From Nitrospirota bacterium (GTDB lineage Bacteria > Nitrospirota > UBA9217), in contig CAWJQQ010000009.1 of assembly GCA_963845065.1 (NCBI GenBank), positions 384,001-448,000 on the forward strand: DNA of 64,000 nucleotides, written 5' to 3'. Below, piece by piece: positions 39,395 through 49,028 of the stretch; the first letter of the stretch is position 1, and each line of letters starts with the position of its first letter. The notes beneath the pieces are model-generated. The model worked only from the letters and a program-made list of their open reading frames with translations. It had not been told where the DNA came from and made no database searches. A program made the translations under genes and the position numbers.

Positions 39395-40376
39395 AATAAT
39401 TTACGCAAGCAATGATCAGTAACAAACTAAGCATGAGAAACCAACTGCCGCCAGCCTTGCGCACGGCATCCTGTTCGAGTCTCGTAATCCTGGTATCGAG
39501 CTGCATGTTGTAACTGTGCTCTTCAAGGCGTACGGGGGTAAACCATGGTTTCTGCTGGGCATCGGGCACAGGCGTTTCGCAGACGGCATAAAATTTCTTC
39601 AGCGCTTGTACCAATGCGTCCGGGCGATGCGTTAACGAGACGGCGATGTCGTCGCATATTTTTTCTTCATTTCGGATAGCACGTCTGAATTCCACCAGTG
39701 ACACGGGATTGAAAAACATGATCATTCTGAGAAGAAAAACGGCGAGGAGTATCGGACGCCGGCTCCGCGAGATATGGGCGAGTTCGTGGGCGAGGGCCGC
39801 CTGCATCTGGTCCGGCGTGAGCGCCTCGCTAAGGCCCGTGGACCAGACGATGACGGAATTTTTGCCTGGCGTAGAGAAGATGATGAGTTCGTCGTCATCA
39901 ACTATAATAGCCTCAGGCGTCTCAATCGCGAGAGTCTTGGATGCTTTTTGGATAAAAGAATCCGTATCTCGATGTGTACCCTCGTGTGTCGCGGTCCGCG
40001 ATTCTAGCGAATGTCTGAGAATGGGAATCATTTCCTGAAACAGAAAAACGAGGGAAACGATTGCTAGTAGGAGCAGGAACAGGAAATTGACGGGGACGAC
40101 GCCCCAAAGATCCATATTCAGCCACCTGCTGCTGTCGAAGAGAACGTTAAGACGGAAAATTGGTGAACCCCTGTCGGGGTTGAGCACCTGATAAAACGGA
40201 TATGAGAAAATAGGAAAAAGAAGAACCAGGAAACGGAACCGCTGCCGTACCACAGGGTCATCAATCTGCCAGGCGTTGATTGCCTGACCCGTGATGATGG
40301 ATGCAATGAGCGAATGAACGAACGACTGGGTCACATACATGCCCACTACGGAGCTAAAGAAGGTAGATATGCTCAT
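39384..40376 (-). CDS. M56/M48 (BlaR1/HtpX-like) membrane zinc metallopeptidase
   Basis: LAHELAH, FFNP, EKICDD; multiple TM segments. Confidence 0.85.
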   Translation of the reverse strand: MSISTFFSSVVGMYVTQSFVHSLIASIITGQAINAWQIDDPVVRQRFRFLVLLFPIFSYPFYQVLNPDRGSPIFRLNVLFDSSRWLNMDLWGVVPVNFLFLLLLAIVSLVFLFQEMIPILRHSLESRTATHEGTHRDTDSFIQKASKTLAIETPEAIIVDDDELIIFSTPGKNSVIVWSTGLSEALTPDQMQAALAHELAHISRSRRPILLAVFLLRMIMFFNPVSLVEFRRAIRNEEKICDDIAVSLTHRPDALVQALKKFYAVCETPVPDAQQKPWFTPVRLEEHSYNMQLDTRITRLEQDAVRKAGGSWFLMLSLLLIIACVNYFVV

Positions 40377-40561
40377 ACGGCATGATTCAGAAACCATCGT
40401 TTAACGATACGCAATGCTTCCGTGCCCTCCGGCTGCAATTGAACACTATTATACCGGAATCAGTATGCGGTTGCCAGAGAAGTTTTTTAGCGGAGAATTG
40501 TGATAAAAGGAAAATAGTTTCATATATCAAACGTGCCGTTAAAGCTTTGCCCTTCACCTTG

Positions 40562-40797
40562 AACATGGTGGAGGCGGTCCGCGAAGCCTCGACCTGCATG
40601 GCAGTAACTATGGCGGAGTACTACCGGGACGGGGGCTACCGCGAGATTTTCCTAGTGGGCAGCCTTTTGCACTGGGTCGAAGCGTTGCGGGAAATTTCGG
40701 CTTCACTCGAAGAAATGCCCGGGGAGGAAGGTTATTCGACCTCTCTCGCCTCGTGATTGTCAGGGTTCCTGGAACGAGCGGCATAGTCCAGACCTTA
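40562..40797 (+). pseudogene. ntpA: Relic fragment of a second V-type ATPase subunit A
   Basis: NMVEAVREASTCMAVTMAEYYRDGGY...EALREISASLEEMPGEEGYSTSLAS* aligns to 24839-25075. Walker B is degenerate and there is an in-frame TGA. Confidence 0.88.
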
Positions 40798-40813
40798 GTC
40801 TATTGATAGCTGT

Positions 40814-42169
40814 TTAAGGTGCGGTAATGATGGAGGAGGGCTGCGACCCCGCTAAGACTGTGGCTGGGGTCATTGGTGTGAGCGCCCCATTCGCGCCGAT
40901 CGTGTACTGCGAGACGTTGCCGCCGTTGTTCGCTACATAGGCATAATTGCCCGCCGGGGTGATCGTGACGGAGGTGGGCTGTGTCCCCGCTAAGACCGAG
41001 GCTGGGGCCATGGGCGTGAGCGCCCCATTTGCGCCAATCGTGTACTGCGAGACGTTGCCGCCGTTGTTCGCTACATAGGCATAATTGCCCGCCGGGGTGA
41101 TCGTGACGGAGGTGGGCTGTGTCCCCGCTAAGACCGAGGCTGGGGCCATGGGCGTGAGCGCCCCATTCGCGCCAATCGTGTACTGCGAGACGTTCCCGCC
41201 GTTGTTAGCCACATAAGCAAAATTGCCTAACGGGGCGACCGTAACGGAGGTGGGCTGCGTCCCTGCTAAAACTGTGGCTGGGGCCATGGGCGTGAGCGCC
41301 CCATTCGCGCCGATCGTGTACTGCGAGACGTTGCCGCCGTTGTTCGCTACATAGGCGTATTTGCCTGATGGAGCTACCGCGACGGAGGCGGGCAGTATCC
41401 CCGCTAAGACCGAGGCTGGGGCCATGGGCGTGAGCGCCCCATTCGCGCCGATCGTGTACTGCGAGACGTTGCCGCCATTGTTCGCCACGTAGGCATAATT
41501 GCCCGAGGGAGCTATCGTGACGGAGGTGGGCTGTGTCCCCGCTAAAACTGTGGCTGGGGCCATGGGTGTGAGCTCTCCATTCGTGCCGATCGTGTACTGC
41601 GAGACGTTGCCGCCGCCGTTCGCTACGTAGGCGTATTTGCCCGAGGGAGATACAGTAACGGAGGTAGGCTGCGACCCTGCTAAGACCGTGGCTGGGGTCA
41701 TTGGTGTGAGCGTCCCATTCGCGCCGATCGTGTACTGCGATACGTTGATGCTTGCGTAGTTTGCCACGTAGGCATACCTCACGTTAGTGGTCCACATCGC
41801 GTACAAGGTGACATTTGCCGCACCCATTATGAAGGTCTGCGTCGGCGAATAGGTCGTCCCGGATCCATCAGGCTGCGTGTTCCAGCCCGAGAAGGAGAAG
41901 CTAGTTTTGACGAGGTTGCCCGTATTGCCAAGCACTGTTACGGTCTGCCCCTGTGCGTAATTGGTTGAGTCAATCGGGACGCTGCCGCCGGTGTTACCAT
42001 TGCCGTTATAGGTTACGGTAAATGTGGACGGACCACCGGACGAATTGCCGGACGAGCTGCTACTGCTATTGCTATTAATTATACCCCCACTGGGTCCACA
42101 GGCAGCCAGCATAAAAGCGGATATAGTGAGCACCAAGAATGTCTCCCTCAACTTCTTGAGACCGTGCAT
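40814..42169 (-). CDS. Lipoprotein with an InlB B-repeat domain and a 7-bladed lactonase-like beta-propeller
   Basis: Lipobox LAAC, Ser/Gly linker, VTYNGNG...FSGWNT..DGSG...VTLYAMW, seven YAYVAN repeats. Confidence 0.88.
   Translation of the reverse strand: MHGLKKLRETFLVLTISAFMLAACGPSGGIINSNSSSSSSGNSSGGPSTFTVTYNGNGNTGGSVPIDSTNYAQGQTVTVLGNTGNLVKTSFSFSGWNTQPDGSGTTYSPTQTFIMGAANVTLYAMWTTNVRYAYVANYASINVSQYTIGANGTLTPMTPATVLAGSQPTSVTVSPSGKYAYVANGGGNVSQYTIGTNGELTPMAPATVLAGTQPTSVTIAPSGNYAYVANNGGNVSQYTIGANGALTPMAPASVLAGILPASVAVAPSGKYAYVANNGGNVSQYTIGANGALTPMAPATVLAGTQPTSVTVAPLGNFAYVANNGGNVSQYTIGANGALTPMAPASVLAGTQPTSVTITPAGNYAYVANNGGNVSQYTIGANGALTPMAPASVLAGTQPTSVTITPAGNYAYVANNGGNVSQYTIGANGALTPMTPATVLAGSQPSSIITAP
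40817..41779 (-). repeat. Seven near-identical intragenic tandem repeats of about 138 bp (46 aa)
   Basis: GTGTACTGCGAGACGTT and GAGCGCCCCATT recur with about 138-bp periodicity. Confidence 0.95.
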
Positions 42170-42682
42170 CGTTCCTTACCTCCTTGGTATAATCAGACCT
42201 AACCAAGTATACCAAACTGTATGTTATCTGAGTCCGAAGCAAGGGAATTACCACATTTTGTTGCAAATATATGCCTGGATTGGCAATCTAGATATTATAT
42301 AGCGATTATTTCAATTTATAGGGATACGATTTTTTGCCATACTCTTTATTATACTAAAGTACAAACTATGGTTATAGGAACGGTTATTGTCATTCAGGAG
42401 TTCGATAAGCCTTGACACCACGGTCTGGAGTCCTTTTCTATGTTTCTATATTTATGGAGCCAGTTCCTCCACGAGTGCAGTAGCACTCGCCGAACCCGAA
42501 TATTTTTTGCTCCAAGCATGCAAGGAATGAACTGGAATACGGTGGAATCCCGCTTACAAAAGGCAATAATATATTGTCGATAAGCCTTTTCCTATGTATT
42601 TTCTATTTTTCTGTTAGCAACCCTACCGACCTGACGTCCGCGATGCTGTGCGATGCGCTTTCGGAGATAGATCTGAAAAAAT

Positions 42683-42718
42683 AAAAGAGGCGTGCTCTTT
42701 GGAGCACGCCTCTTTTTT
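42683..42718. terminator. Intrinsic terminator, potentially bidirectional
   Basis: AAAAGAGGCGTGCTC-TTTG-GAGCACGCCTCTTTT perfect stem with A/T tracts, just past the 42736 stop. Confidence 0.85.
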
Positions 42719-42735
42719 CTGATGACAATATTTAA

Positions 42736-43911
42736 TTACCAGCCGATATCCAGGGTTATGAGTTGACGCTGGTCCTTCTCCTGACCGACATAAGCTCCGA
42801 GCTCTTCAGTGTACATGGCATAGGAGAGCGTGAAGATAAGCAACCTGAGGTCAAAACCAAGGGTCGGGGAGTTGTTGTACATGCCCGCACGAAGGGCAAT
42901 TTCAGCAGGTAAAATATCGAAGAGCTGAAGCTCGGCTCCATAGCGAAATCTTTTGGCCATATCCTTGTCTTGCTTGAAGTTGTCAAGTGCGTCGATGTAA
43001 TCAGCGGCAACGGTCAGATTCCGGGACCATGAGATGGAAGGATTGATGGCCAAACCAACGTTGACGGATTGAGGTATAGTGCCAGCGGGGCCGAAATCGA
43101 GACCCCCGATGTTCAAGATGGAAGCGCCGAATGACGGTTTGAGCACGGAAGCAGGAGCGAATTTCCAGATTAGACCGAAGTCAAAGCCAGTTGCCTCGCC
43201 ACTTTTTTGAAGTGATCTCTGTATATAGTCGCTCAGGTTGTTCTCGTTGTCGACTATTTCCCTTGCTGTAAAATCATGGTTCAGCGTATCACGATGAAGG
43301 GACTTTACCGAGATTCCGGCAAAGAGGTTGTCCGTTAGACCGTAGCTGACGCCGCCAATGCCGCCATAGATCGCGTTTGCATTCACTTCCAGCAAACCGT
43401 CTGACCCGAAGCCCTGGTGGGACACTGCATCCAGCGTGCCGCTCCCGATCCCGCCGACGCCGAAAGCCCACCGATCATAACTATGGCCGATCGACGTAAA
43501 GTCCGCAGCCCGAAGATGCAGGTTTTCTCCACGATATTTCGCAAGTACGTCATCAACTGCCTGCAACTGTTCATCGTTTCCCGAGCTGTCAGTGCCGCTA
43601 GGCTCTTTAAGAGCATCCTGCATGTCCCTTACAAAATGCAGGGTATTTTTCCCGTATTCGACGCTGAGATTAAGTAAATTCACCTCCCAACCCTTGTCCT
43701 GGGGAATGTTGATCAATCCAGCCGGGTTATAAAACAGCGTGTCTACTCGGCCTCCGACTGCAGTGTAGGCGTTGCCCATGCCCATTGCTCTAGTAGACTT
43801 ATAAATATAGGGATATTCGAGAATGGAAGGATTTGCAAATGCACTGGCTGGCATTACGATCAATAATGCACCCCACAAGAGCCAGTGTAGCTTAATTTTT
43901 TCGACCAACAT
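42736..43911 (-). CDS. Outer-membrane beta-barrel (TraF_2/FadL/PorV-like)
   Basis: Signal peptide, RAMGMGNAYTA...LFYNPAGL, amphipathic strands, C-terminal Trp. Confidence 0.8.
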   Translation of the reverse strand: MLVEKIKLHWLLWGALLIVMPASAFANPSILEYPYIYKSTRAMGMGNAYTAVGGRVDTLFYNPAGLINIPQDKGWEVNLLNLSVEYGKNTLHFVRDMQDALKEPSGTDSSGNDEQLQAVDDVLAKYRGENLHLRAADFTSIGHSYDRWAFGVGGIGSGTLDAVSHQGFGSDGLLEVNANAIYGGIGGVSYGLTDNLFAGISVKSLHRDTLNHDFTAREIVDNENNLSDYIQRSLQKSGEATGFDFGLIWKFAPASVLKPSFGASILNIGGLDFGPAGTIPQSVNVGLAINPSISWSRNLTVAADYIDALDNFKQDKDMAKRFRYGAELQLFDILPAEIALRAGMYNNSPTLGFDLRLLIFTLSYAMYTEELGAYVGQEKDQRQLITLDIGW

Positions 43912-43934
43912 ATTCATGCCTCCTTCCGTCATTA

Positions 43935-45056
43935 CTATAAATTCGTTTGAATATAGTTTGCTATATCCTGCGACGTGCACGATGTCGTGCACGGAGCGCA
44001 CGGCGATGTTGTACAGCTGCAGCACGCCTGGCCTTGAATATCCTGAATGGCTGTTTGAACATCTGAAGTTGATGTGCTGGTAGCTGAAGTGGTGAGTGAT
44101 GAGTTCAAGGAACTGACCGAACCGTCCAGGGATTGATTGACGGCGGAAACGAGGTCAAGGGGCTGACTGTCTTGCACAATGGGGCAAGGCCACGTATCGC
44201 CGTTGCTGGCGTCCGTACACGTTTCACTGGTCGTTGTAGCTACCCACCACTTGCCGGTTGTTGGATCTTGATAGAGGAGTTTTTTATAGGACGTCGGATC
44301 CTGCGGGCTGCAGCCGGAAATGTTACCGCCGGCCACCTGTGTTATCGTGATGGTCAAGCCGCTGTAAGTCCCTGTCACGACTGAGCCCAGGGTATCGTTC
44401 AGATACAGGAGAACGGGAGCAGCCGGTGAATATGTCGCGCCGGAGCAGGATAATGTCGTCCCGGTGCTGATATTTGACGCAGCTATGAGCGCACATGCTG
44501 TGGCGTCTGCCTCATCTGGTACGCCGTTATCATTAGCGTCACAGGTGGTATTCAACGTGCCATTCGAATTAAGGAGGCCGGGTATGACGATCTGAATGAG
44601 TGATAGGCTCTTTACGGCATCAACAAGGCTGATATAAAATTGTGCGTCCTGATAATTAGTATAAGTGTAGTTACCCGTCGTAGATGTCGTGGTGACGTTA
44701 CTATATGCGCTTACAGCATCATCCATATACGTGAGGGAAGACGAAGTTGCGTTGGTCACAAGGGATGTCAGATAAACAGAAAGATCGCTTTGTGTGGCCG
44801 TTGAGCTGCTGATAGAGCCGGTTTTGCTTAAGGCGTTAATTACGTTTGTTACGTCGAAACCAGACAAGCCGAAATAGGCCGCGCCTTTATCCATGTCATT
44901 GGCGCATGACGACGCGATCACGGCGTTATAATTGCCGCTATCGAGGTTCATCGTCACTTCATGAAGACATGCCTGTTCGGAGTTCGTATCGTTGCAGCCA
45001 GAGAAAGCCGCCATAATCCCGGCTGTCAGAAACAAGTACAACAAGCGTCTATGCAT
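43935..45056 (-). CDS. Cys/Thr/Ser-rich lipoprotein
   Basis: Lipobox FSGC; 15 Cys counted; GGAGG RBS. Confidence 0.8.
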   Translation of the reverse strand: MHRRLLYLFLTAGIMAAFSGCNDTNSEQACLHEVTMNLDSGNYNAVIASSCANDMDKGAAYFGLSGFDVTNVINALSKTGSISSSTATQSDLSVYLTSLVTNATSSSLTYMDDAVSAYSNVTTTSTTGNYTYTNYQDAQFYISLVDAVKSLSLIQIVIPGLLNSNGTLNTTCDANDNGVPDEADATACALIAASNISTGTTLSCSGATYSPAAPVLLYLNDTLGSVVTGTYSGLTITITQVAGGNISGCSPQDPTSYKKLLYQDPTTGKWWVATTTSETCTDASNGDTWPCPIVQDSQPLDLVSAVNQSLDGSVSSLNSSLTTSATSTSTSDVQTAIQDIQGQACCSCTTSPCAPCTTSCTSQDIANYIQTNL

Positions 45057-45465
45057 AGTTTCCTCCTTCACGATAGTAATTGTCTGCTATCTGGCCTTGT
45101 GCAAATCTCTCTCAAGGATTTTATTTAAAACATCGGCAGATTGGGCTCTGCATTGATCAAACACCAGAATTCTAAAACATGTGGTGGTCCACCATAGTCC
45201 AATACGTGCAGCTGTGGGAACTTCTGCTTCTACCGCAAAAACACTGATAAATCAGGACATAGCGCATTGGAAGATACGGATATCGGCTGAAATTTCAGGT
45301 TGTTAATCACTTGTGAATCGCTTGAAGCATGGCATGACTAAATAACTATAAAAGGAAGTACTAAAGTCGTCAAGTGAATATTACCCAAGTGGTACGCGTT
45401 CGGTTCGTTATTGAGTTACTTACTATATATACTTTTCGGAACTTTGCCCTGATTCTTTAATCGAC

Positions 45466-45663
45466 TTATGAGAGAATTCCGAGTTTTCTTAAAAAATGGG
45501 CAGATAAAACTCCGAAGAGAAAAAGCGTACCTGTTATGCCGATGAACGTTAGGACAAAGAAGAGGAATTTTCGTGCAGGTGGCTGGTCGAGGGGTCTGAT
45601 CGAGATGAAGTAGACGAGGAAGCTAAAGCCTATCCCGAGGAGGAAAAATATGGTTTCCATCAT
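45466..45663 (-). CDS. Small two-TM hypothetical protein
   Basis: 65-aa ORF with two hydrophobic helices; no clear RBS. Confidence 0.5.
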   Translation of the reverse strand: MMETIFFLLGIGFSFLVYFISIRPLDQPPARKFLFFVLTFIGITGTLFLFGVLSAHFLRKLGILS

Positions 45664-45781
45664 GATGCATAATTTTAAACAATGGCATAGAGACTGTCAA
45701 TATCATTCAGGCTTCATACCGATTAGGATTTTTTATTTGACAGAGTCTGATCTCTCAATTAATATTCAAGTAATTGCAGAT

Positions 45782-46099
45782 ATGAAACAGCGTGATGAAA
45801 ATAGCAACGACGAAGAATGGGAATACGGCGATGTCTGGAAACAGGGGACTCCGGAGGGAGCCGTTCCTGATGATGTCGACTATGTTGATCTGTTTCGCGT
45901 CGATACCGGCATGGGGTACGACGACACGGTCATGCTGGATCTGGTAGGCTATCTCGGTTCCCGGGGAATCCGGGCCACTTTTGATTCATTTTCTATGGGG
46001 CTTGAACCTGCCGCGATAAAGACCTATGTTCTCAAAGTGGAGATTGGAAAAGTGGAAGAAGCAAAGGAGTATCTGGAAGAAAAGTTCAAAGAACGGTGA
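45782..46099 (+). CDS. Acidic hypothetical protein (DUF2007-like pattern)
   Basis: GYLGSRGIRA...LKVEIGKVEEAKEYL. Confidence 0.6.
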   Translation: MKQRDENSNDEEWEYGDVWKQGTPEGAVPDDVDYVDLFRVDTGMGYDDTVMLDLVGYLGSRGIRATFDSFSMGLEPAAIKTYVLKVEIGKVEEAKEYLEEKFKER

Positions 46100-46194
46100 A
46101 AAATCAAGGGGATACGGCAAAAAGGCCAGAGTGCGAGATTCGTTTTTTGACTTGGGCTTCCTATCCTTGATAATCTGTATCAAAGGAGAGTATC

Positions 46195-46668
46195 ATGTCG
46201 GAAGAGCTGGAAATCAACGAATTAGACGGATCACTCGATGTTTACAAATCCAAAGTTTCGCAGGTGAACAAAGCGACCCTTACCTGGGACAAGGATCTGA
46301 TATTTGTGGGCCGCACGAACCGCGGATATGAAGTTGAGTTCGATGCGGAGCAACAGTGGGGCTGCTCGCCGACCGAAACGCTCTTGTTAAGCGTTGCTGG
46401 GTGTATGGCGATCGACATGGTGTCATTCTTGAAAAAAATGAAGTGCGAAATAAAATCGTACAAGATGGACATTGTTGGCGAACGCAATCCTACGCCTCCC
46501 CAGTATTATACTGCCATGGAGCTGATCATTGCCGTATCTGGCAGCGGGCTCACGGCCAAAAAACTGGAGCGGGCTATTTCTTTGTCTCACGAAAAATACT
46601 GTTCCGTCTACCACACGCTTAGAAAAGATATGAAAATGAAGGTAGACTATACGTTTGAAAACGTATAA
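46195..46668 (+). CDS. OsmC family protein
   Basis: PTETLLLSVAGC, ERAISLSHEKYCSV. Confidence 0.9.
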   Translation: MSEELEINELDGSLDVYKSKVSQVNKATLTWDKDLIFVGRTNRGYEVEFDAEQQWGCSPTETLLLSVAGCMAIDMVSFLKKMKCEIKSYKMDIVGERNPTPPQYYTAMELIIAVSGSGLTAKKLERAISLSHEKYCSVYHTLRKDMKMKVDYTFENV

Positions 46669-46955
46669 GGCCTGTGCTTGATGAATAAGAAAGATTCAAA
46701 TAGTCATAAGACATCAACCATAACTGCAGCGCAGTGCTCACTTACTATATTTTAACTTGAATCCTGCGAGATATTGCATTTGGTATTTTAAATCGACCGA
46801 ATCATAAAAATAATTTTTCAGAAGTTGGTTTAACCAAAAAACCTAATTTAAAATAAGGTTTATTCGTAACAAGCCTGCGTCGAAAAATACTATAAACAAA
46901 GATGTTCGGATAATTCGTGTCTCTTTTCCGATGCTGGATTCAGGTTTAAATTTCT

Positions 46956-48080
46956 ATGACTGTCGTTCGCCTGCTGAAAAACGGTATTGAAGCTTTTCCC
47001 GCGATGTTTACAGCCATAGATCGTGCGTCCAAATTCATCGCTCTCGAGATGTACATCGTCTCCGACAACGAGACGGGTCGGGTATTCCGCGATCATCTCA
47101 TCAACGCGGCCAGGAGGGGTGTTCGGGTCAGAGTCTTGATAGACTCCTGGGGATCCTGGAACTTGCCTGACTCATTCTGGAAAGGGCTCCGCCTTGCGGG
47201 CGGTAAAGTCCGCTGGTTTCACCCGCTTTCAAAGGGGCTCTTTCCGTTCCGGAACCATAGAAAACTGCTTTTAATAGACGACGACATTGCATATCTCGGC
47301 GGGCTCAATATTTCCGATGAGTACTTCCGCGGTGCGAACAACGAGCGTCCGTGGAGGGACAACGCGCTCGAGATAATCGGACCCGAGGTTGCTCGGCTGC
47401 GACGCTCTTTTTTCCGCATGTGGGGCATGGCCGATACCACGCTTGTAAGATTGTTCTACAGGCTGAGGAGAGACCGTAAAATGACAAAGGACACCGACAT
47501 GGTGCGATTTCTGGAGAGCGGGCCGGAGAACATGATGCGACCAGTGCGCAAGGCCTATCGCCAGGTGATCCATAACGCGAAACACTCTATTGACCTTGCC
47601 ATGGGGTATTTTTACCCTCACGGCGGGATGATGCGGGCGCTCAAGCGAGCGGTCCGGCGCGGAGTGCGCGTGCGTCTCATGACCCCTCTCCATACGGATT
47701 TGCCAATCACCCGATGGGCTGCACACGGTCTTTATGGCAGGCTACTTCGAGCAGGAGTTGAGGTCTGGGAATATACTCCCTCCATGATGCATGCGAAGCT
47801 CGCGATTGCCGATGATACCGTGATCGCAGGGTCTGCCAACCTCGACGTCCGGAGCGGGAGGATCAATTACGAACTTGTAGCAATCATAACCGACCCGGCG
47901 GTCGCGGAGAAGGCTCGCTCCGACTTCGAAGATGATATTAAACATTCTATATCCATTCGGATCGAGGATTGGCAGACACGATCTGCGTTCCAAAAATTGA
48001 AAGAGCGGTTCAGCTACTGCCTGCTCGCACGGTTTGATATTATAGTTGCCCGGTTTGAGATGGCGAGAAGAATGCGCTAG
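46956..48080 (+). CDS. cls: Cardiolipin synthase (ClsB-like phospholipase D family)
   Basis: Two HKD motifs (HRKLLLIDD, HAKLAIADD), GGLNI, GSANLD. Confidence 0.88.
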   Translation: MTVVRLLKNGIEAFPAMFTAIDRASKFIALEMYIVSDNETGRVFRDHLINAARRGVRVRVLIDSWGSWNLPDSFWKGLRLAGGKVRWFHPLSKGLFPFRNHRKLLLIDDDIAYLGGLNISDEYFRGANNERPWRDNALEIIGPEVARLRRSFFRMWGMADTTLVRLFYRLRRDRKMTKDTDMVRFLESGPENMMRPVRKAYRQVIHNAKHSIDLAMGYFYPHGGMMRALKRAVRRGVRVRLMTPLHTDLPITRWAAHGLYGRLLRAGVEVWEYTPSMMHAKLAIADDTVIAGSANLDVRSGRINYELVAIITDPAVAEKARSDFEDDIKHSISIRIEDWQTRSAFQKLKERFSYCLLARFDIIVARFEMARRMR

Positions 48081-48150
48081 GTCTGCATTGAATATGGCTG
48101 TGGTTATTCTGGGTGATCGATTTATAGGCCAAAAAAACAGGGAGGTTGAA

Positions 48151-48723
48151 ATGAAACTTAAGGGGACGAAAACGGAAAAGAAGCTTCTCGCTGCCTTTGC
48201 GGGTGAATCGCAGGCTCGGAACCGCTATACCTTTTTTGCAAGTGCAGCGAAAAAGGAAGGGTATGAACAAATCGCCTCGATTTTTCTTGAAACCGCAGAG
48301 AACGAGAAGGAACATGCCAAGCGGTTCTTCACATTCCTCGAAGGCGGCATGGTAGAGTTTACGGCCGCATTTCCGGCAGGCGTCATCGGCACAACGGCAC
48401 AGAACCTAATATCTGCGGCTGCGGGCGAGCATGAAGAATGGACGTCCTTGTATCCCGGTTCTGGGAAAATTGCCGAGGAAGAGGGATTCTTGGCAGTAGC
48501 TGCCGCATTCCGGCAAATTACGAGGGTCGAAGTCGAACATGAGAAGCGGTACCTTAAACTACTGGAGAATATCGAGAAGGGTAAAGTATTCAAAAAAGAT
48601 TCTTCGACGACTTGGATTTGCCGCAACTGCGGTTATCACCACGAAGGCCCCGAGGCTCCGGGACAGTGTCCCGCATGTCTGCATCCGAAAAGCTATTTTG
48701 AGTTATGGCGCGAAAACTATTGA
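48151..48723 (+). CDS. rbr: Rubrerythrin
   Basis: AFAGESQARNRY, EKEHA, C-terminal CRNCG...CPAC. Confidence 0.95.
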   Translation: MKLKGTKTEKKLLAAFAGESQARNRYTFFASAAKKEGYEQIASIFLETAENEKEHAKRFFTFLEGGMVEFTAAFPAGVIGTTAQNLISAAAGEHEEWTSLYPGSGKIAEEEGFLAVAAAFRQITRVEVEHEKRYLKLLENIEKGKVFKKDSSTTWICRNCGYHHEGPEAPGQCPACLHPKSYFELWRENY

Positions 48724-49028
48724 TCTTTGAGAAATATTTTGCGGCGATTGACTGGGTTTTTCCCTCCAGTCTGTTGCCATAAATGAATGCAACCGTGCCG
48801 CTTTTCTCTTGCTTGACTAAGAGCAGCAAACTTGGCATTACAGGCCTATTCACTCTTCGAGGGGAAAATGATGTCTTAGGACAACCCGCCTCCTCAAAGC
48901 CTTCTTAAAAAACCTTTCCGAATATGCCGCAAGCGAAATCATAAGGTATTATCCCGTACTGCTTGAGTTTTTCAACGTTGTTGCGGAATCGCTGTGCTTT
49001 TAGCGGCGGGAGTACGTTAATCTGGATT

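Noticed and set aside
40562..40797. ntpA-like copy as a DGR template/variable repeat pair
   Set aside because: Differences are not adenine-specific and no reverse transcriptase is present in the window.
40817..41779. Regular repeats as a possible CRISPR array
   Set aside because: The units are about 138 bp, in frame and coding, with no unique spacers and no cas genes.
42385..42606. Repeated TCGATAAGCCTT and CCTTTT(C)CTATGT motifs in an intergenic region
   Set aside because: Only two short copies in AT-rich DNA; no function can be supported.
42736..43911. Conjugative transfer region suggested by TraF-like similarity
   Set aside because: No other tra/trb, relaxase or coupling-protein genes are in the window.
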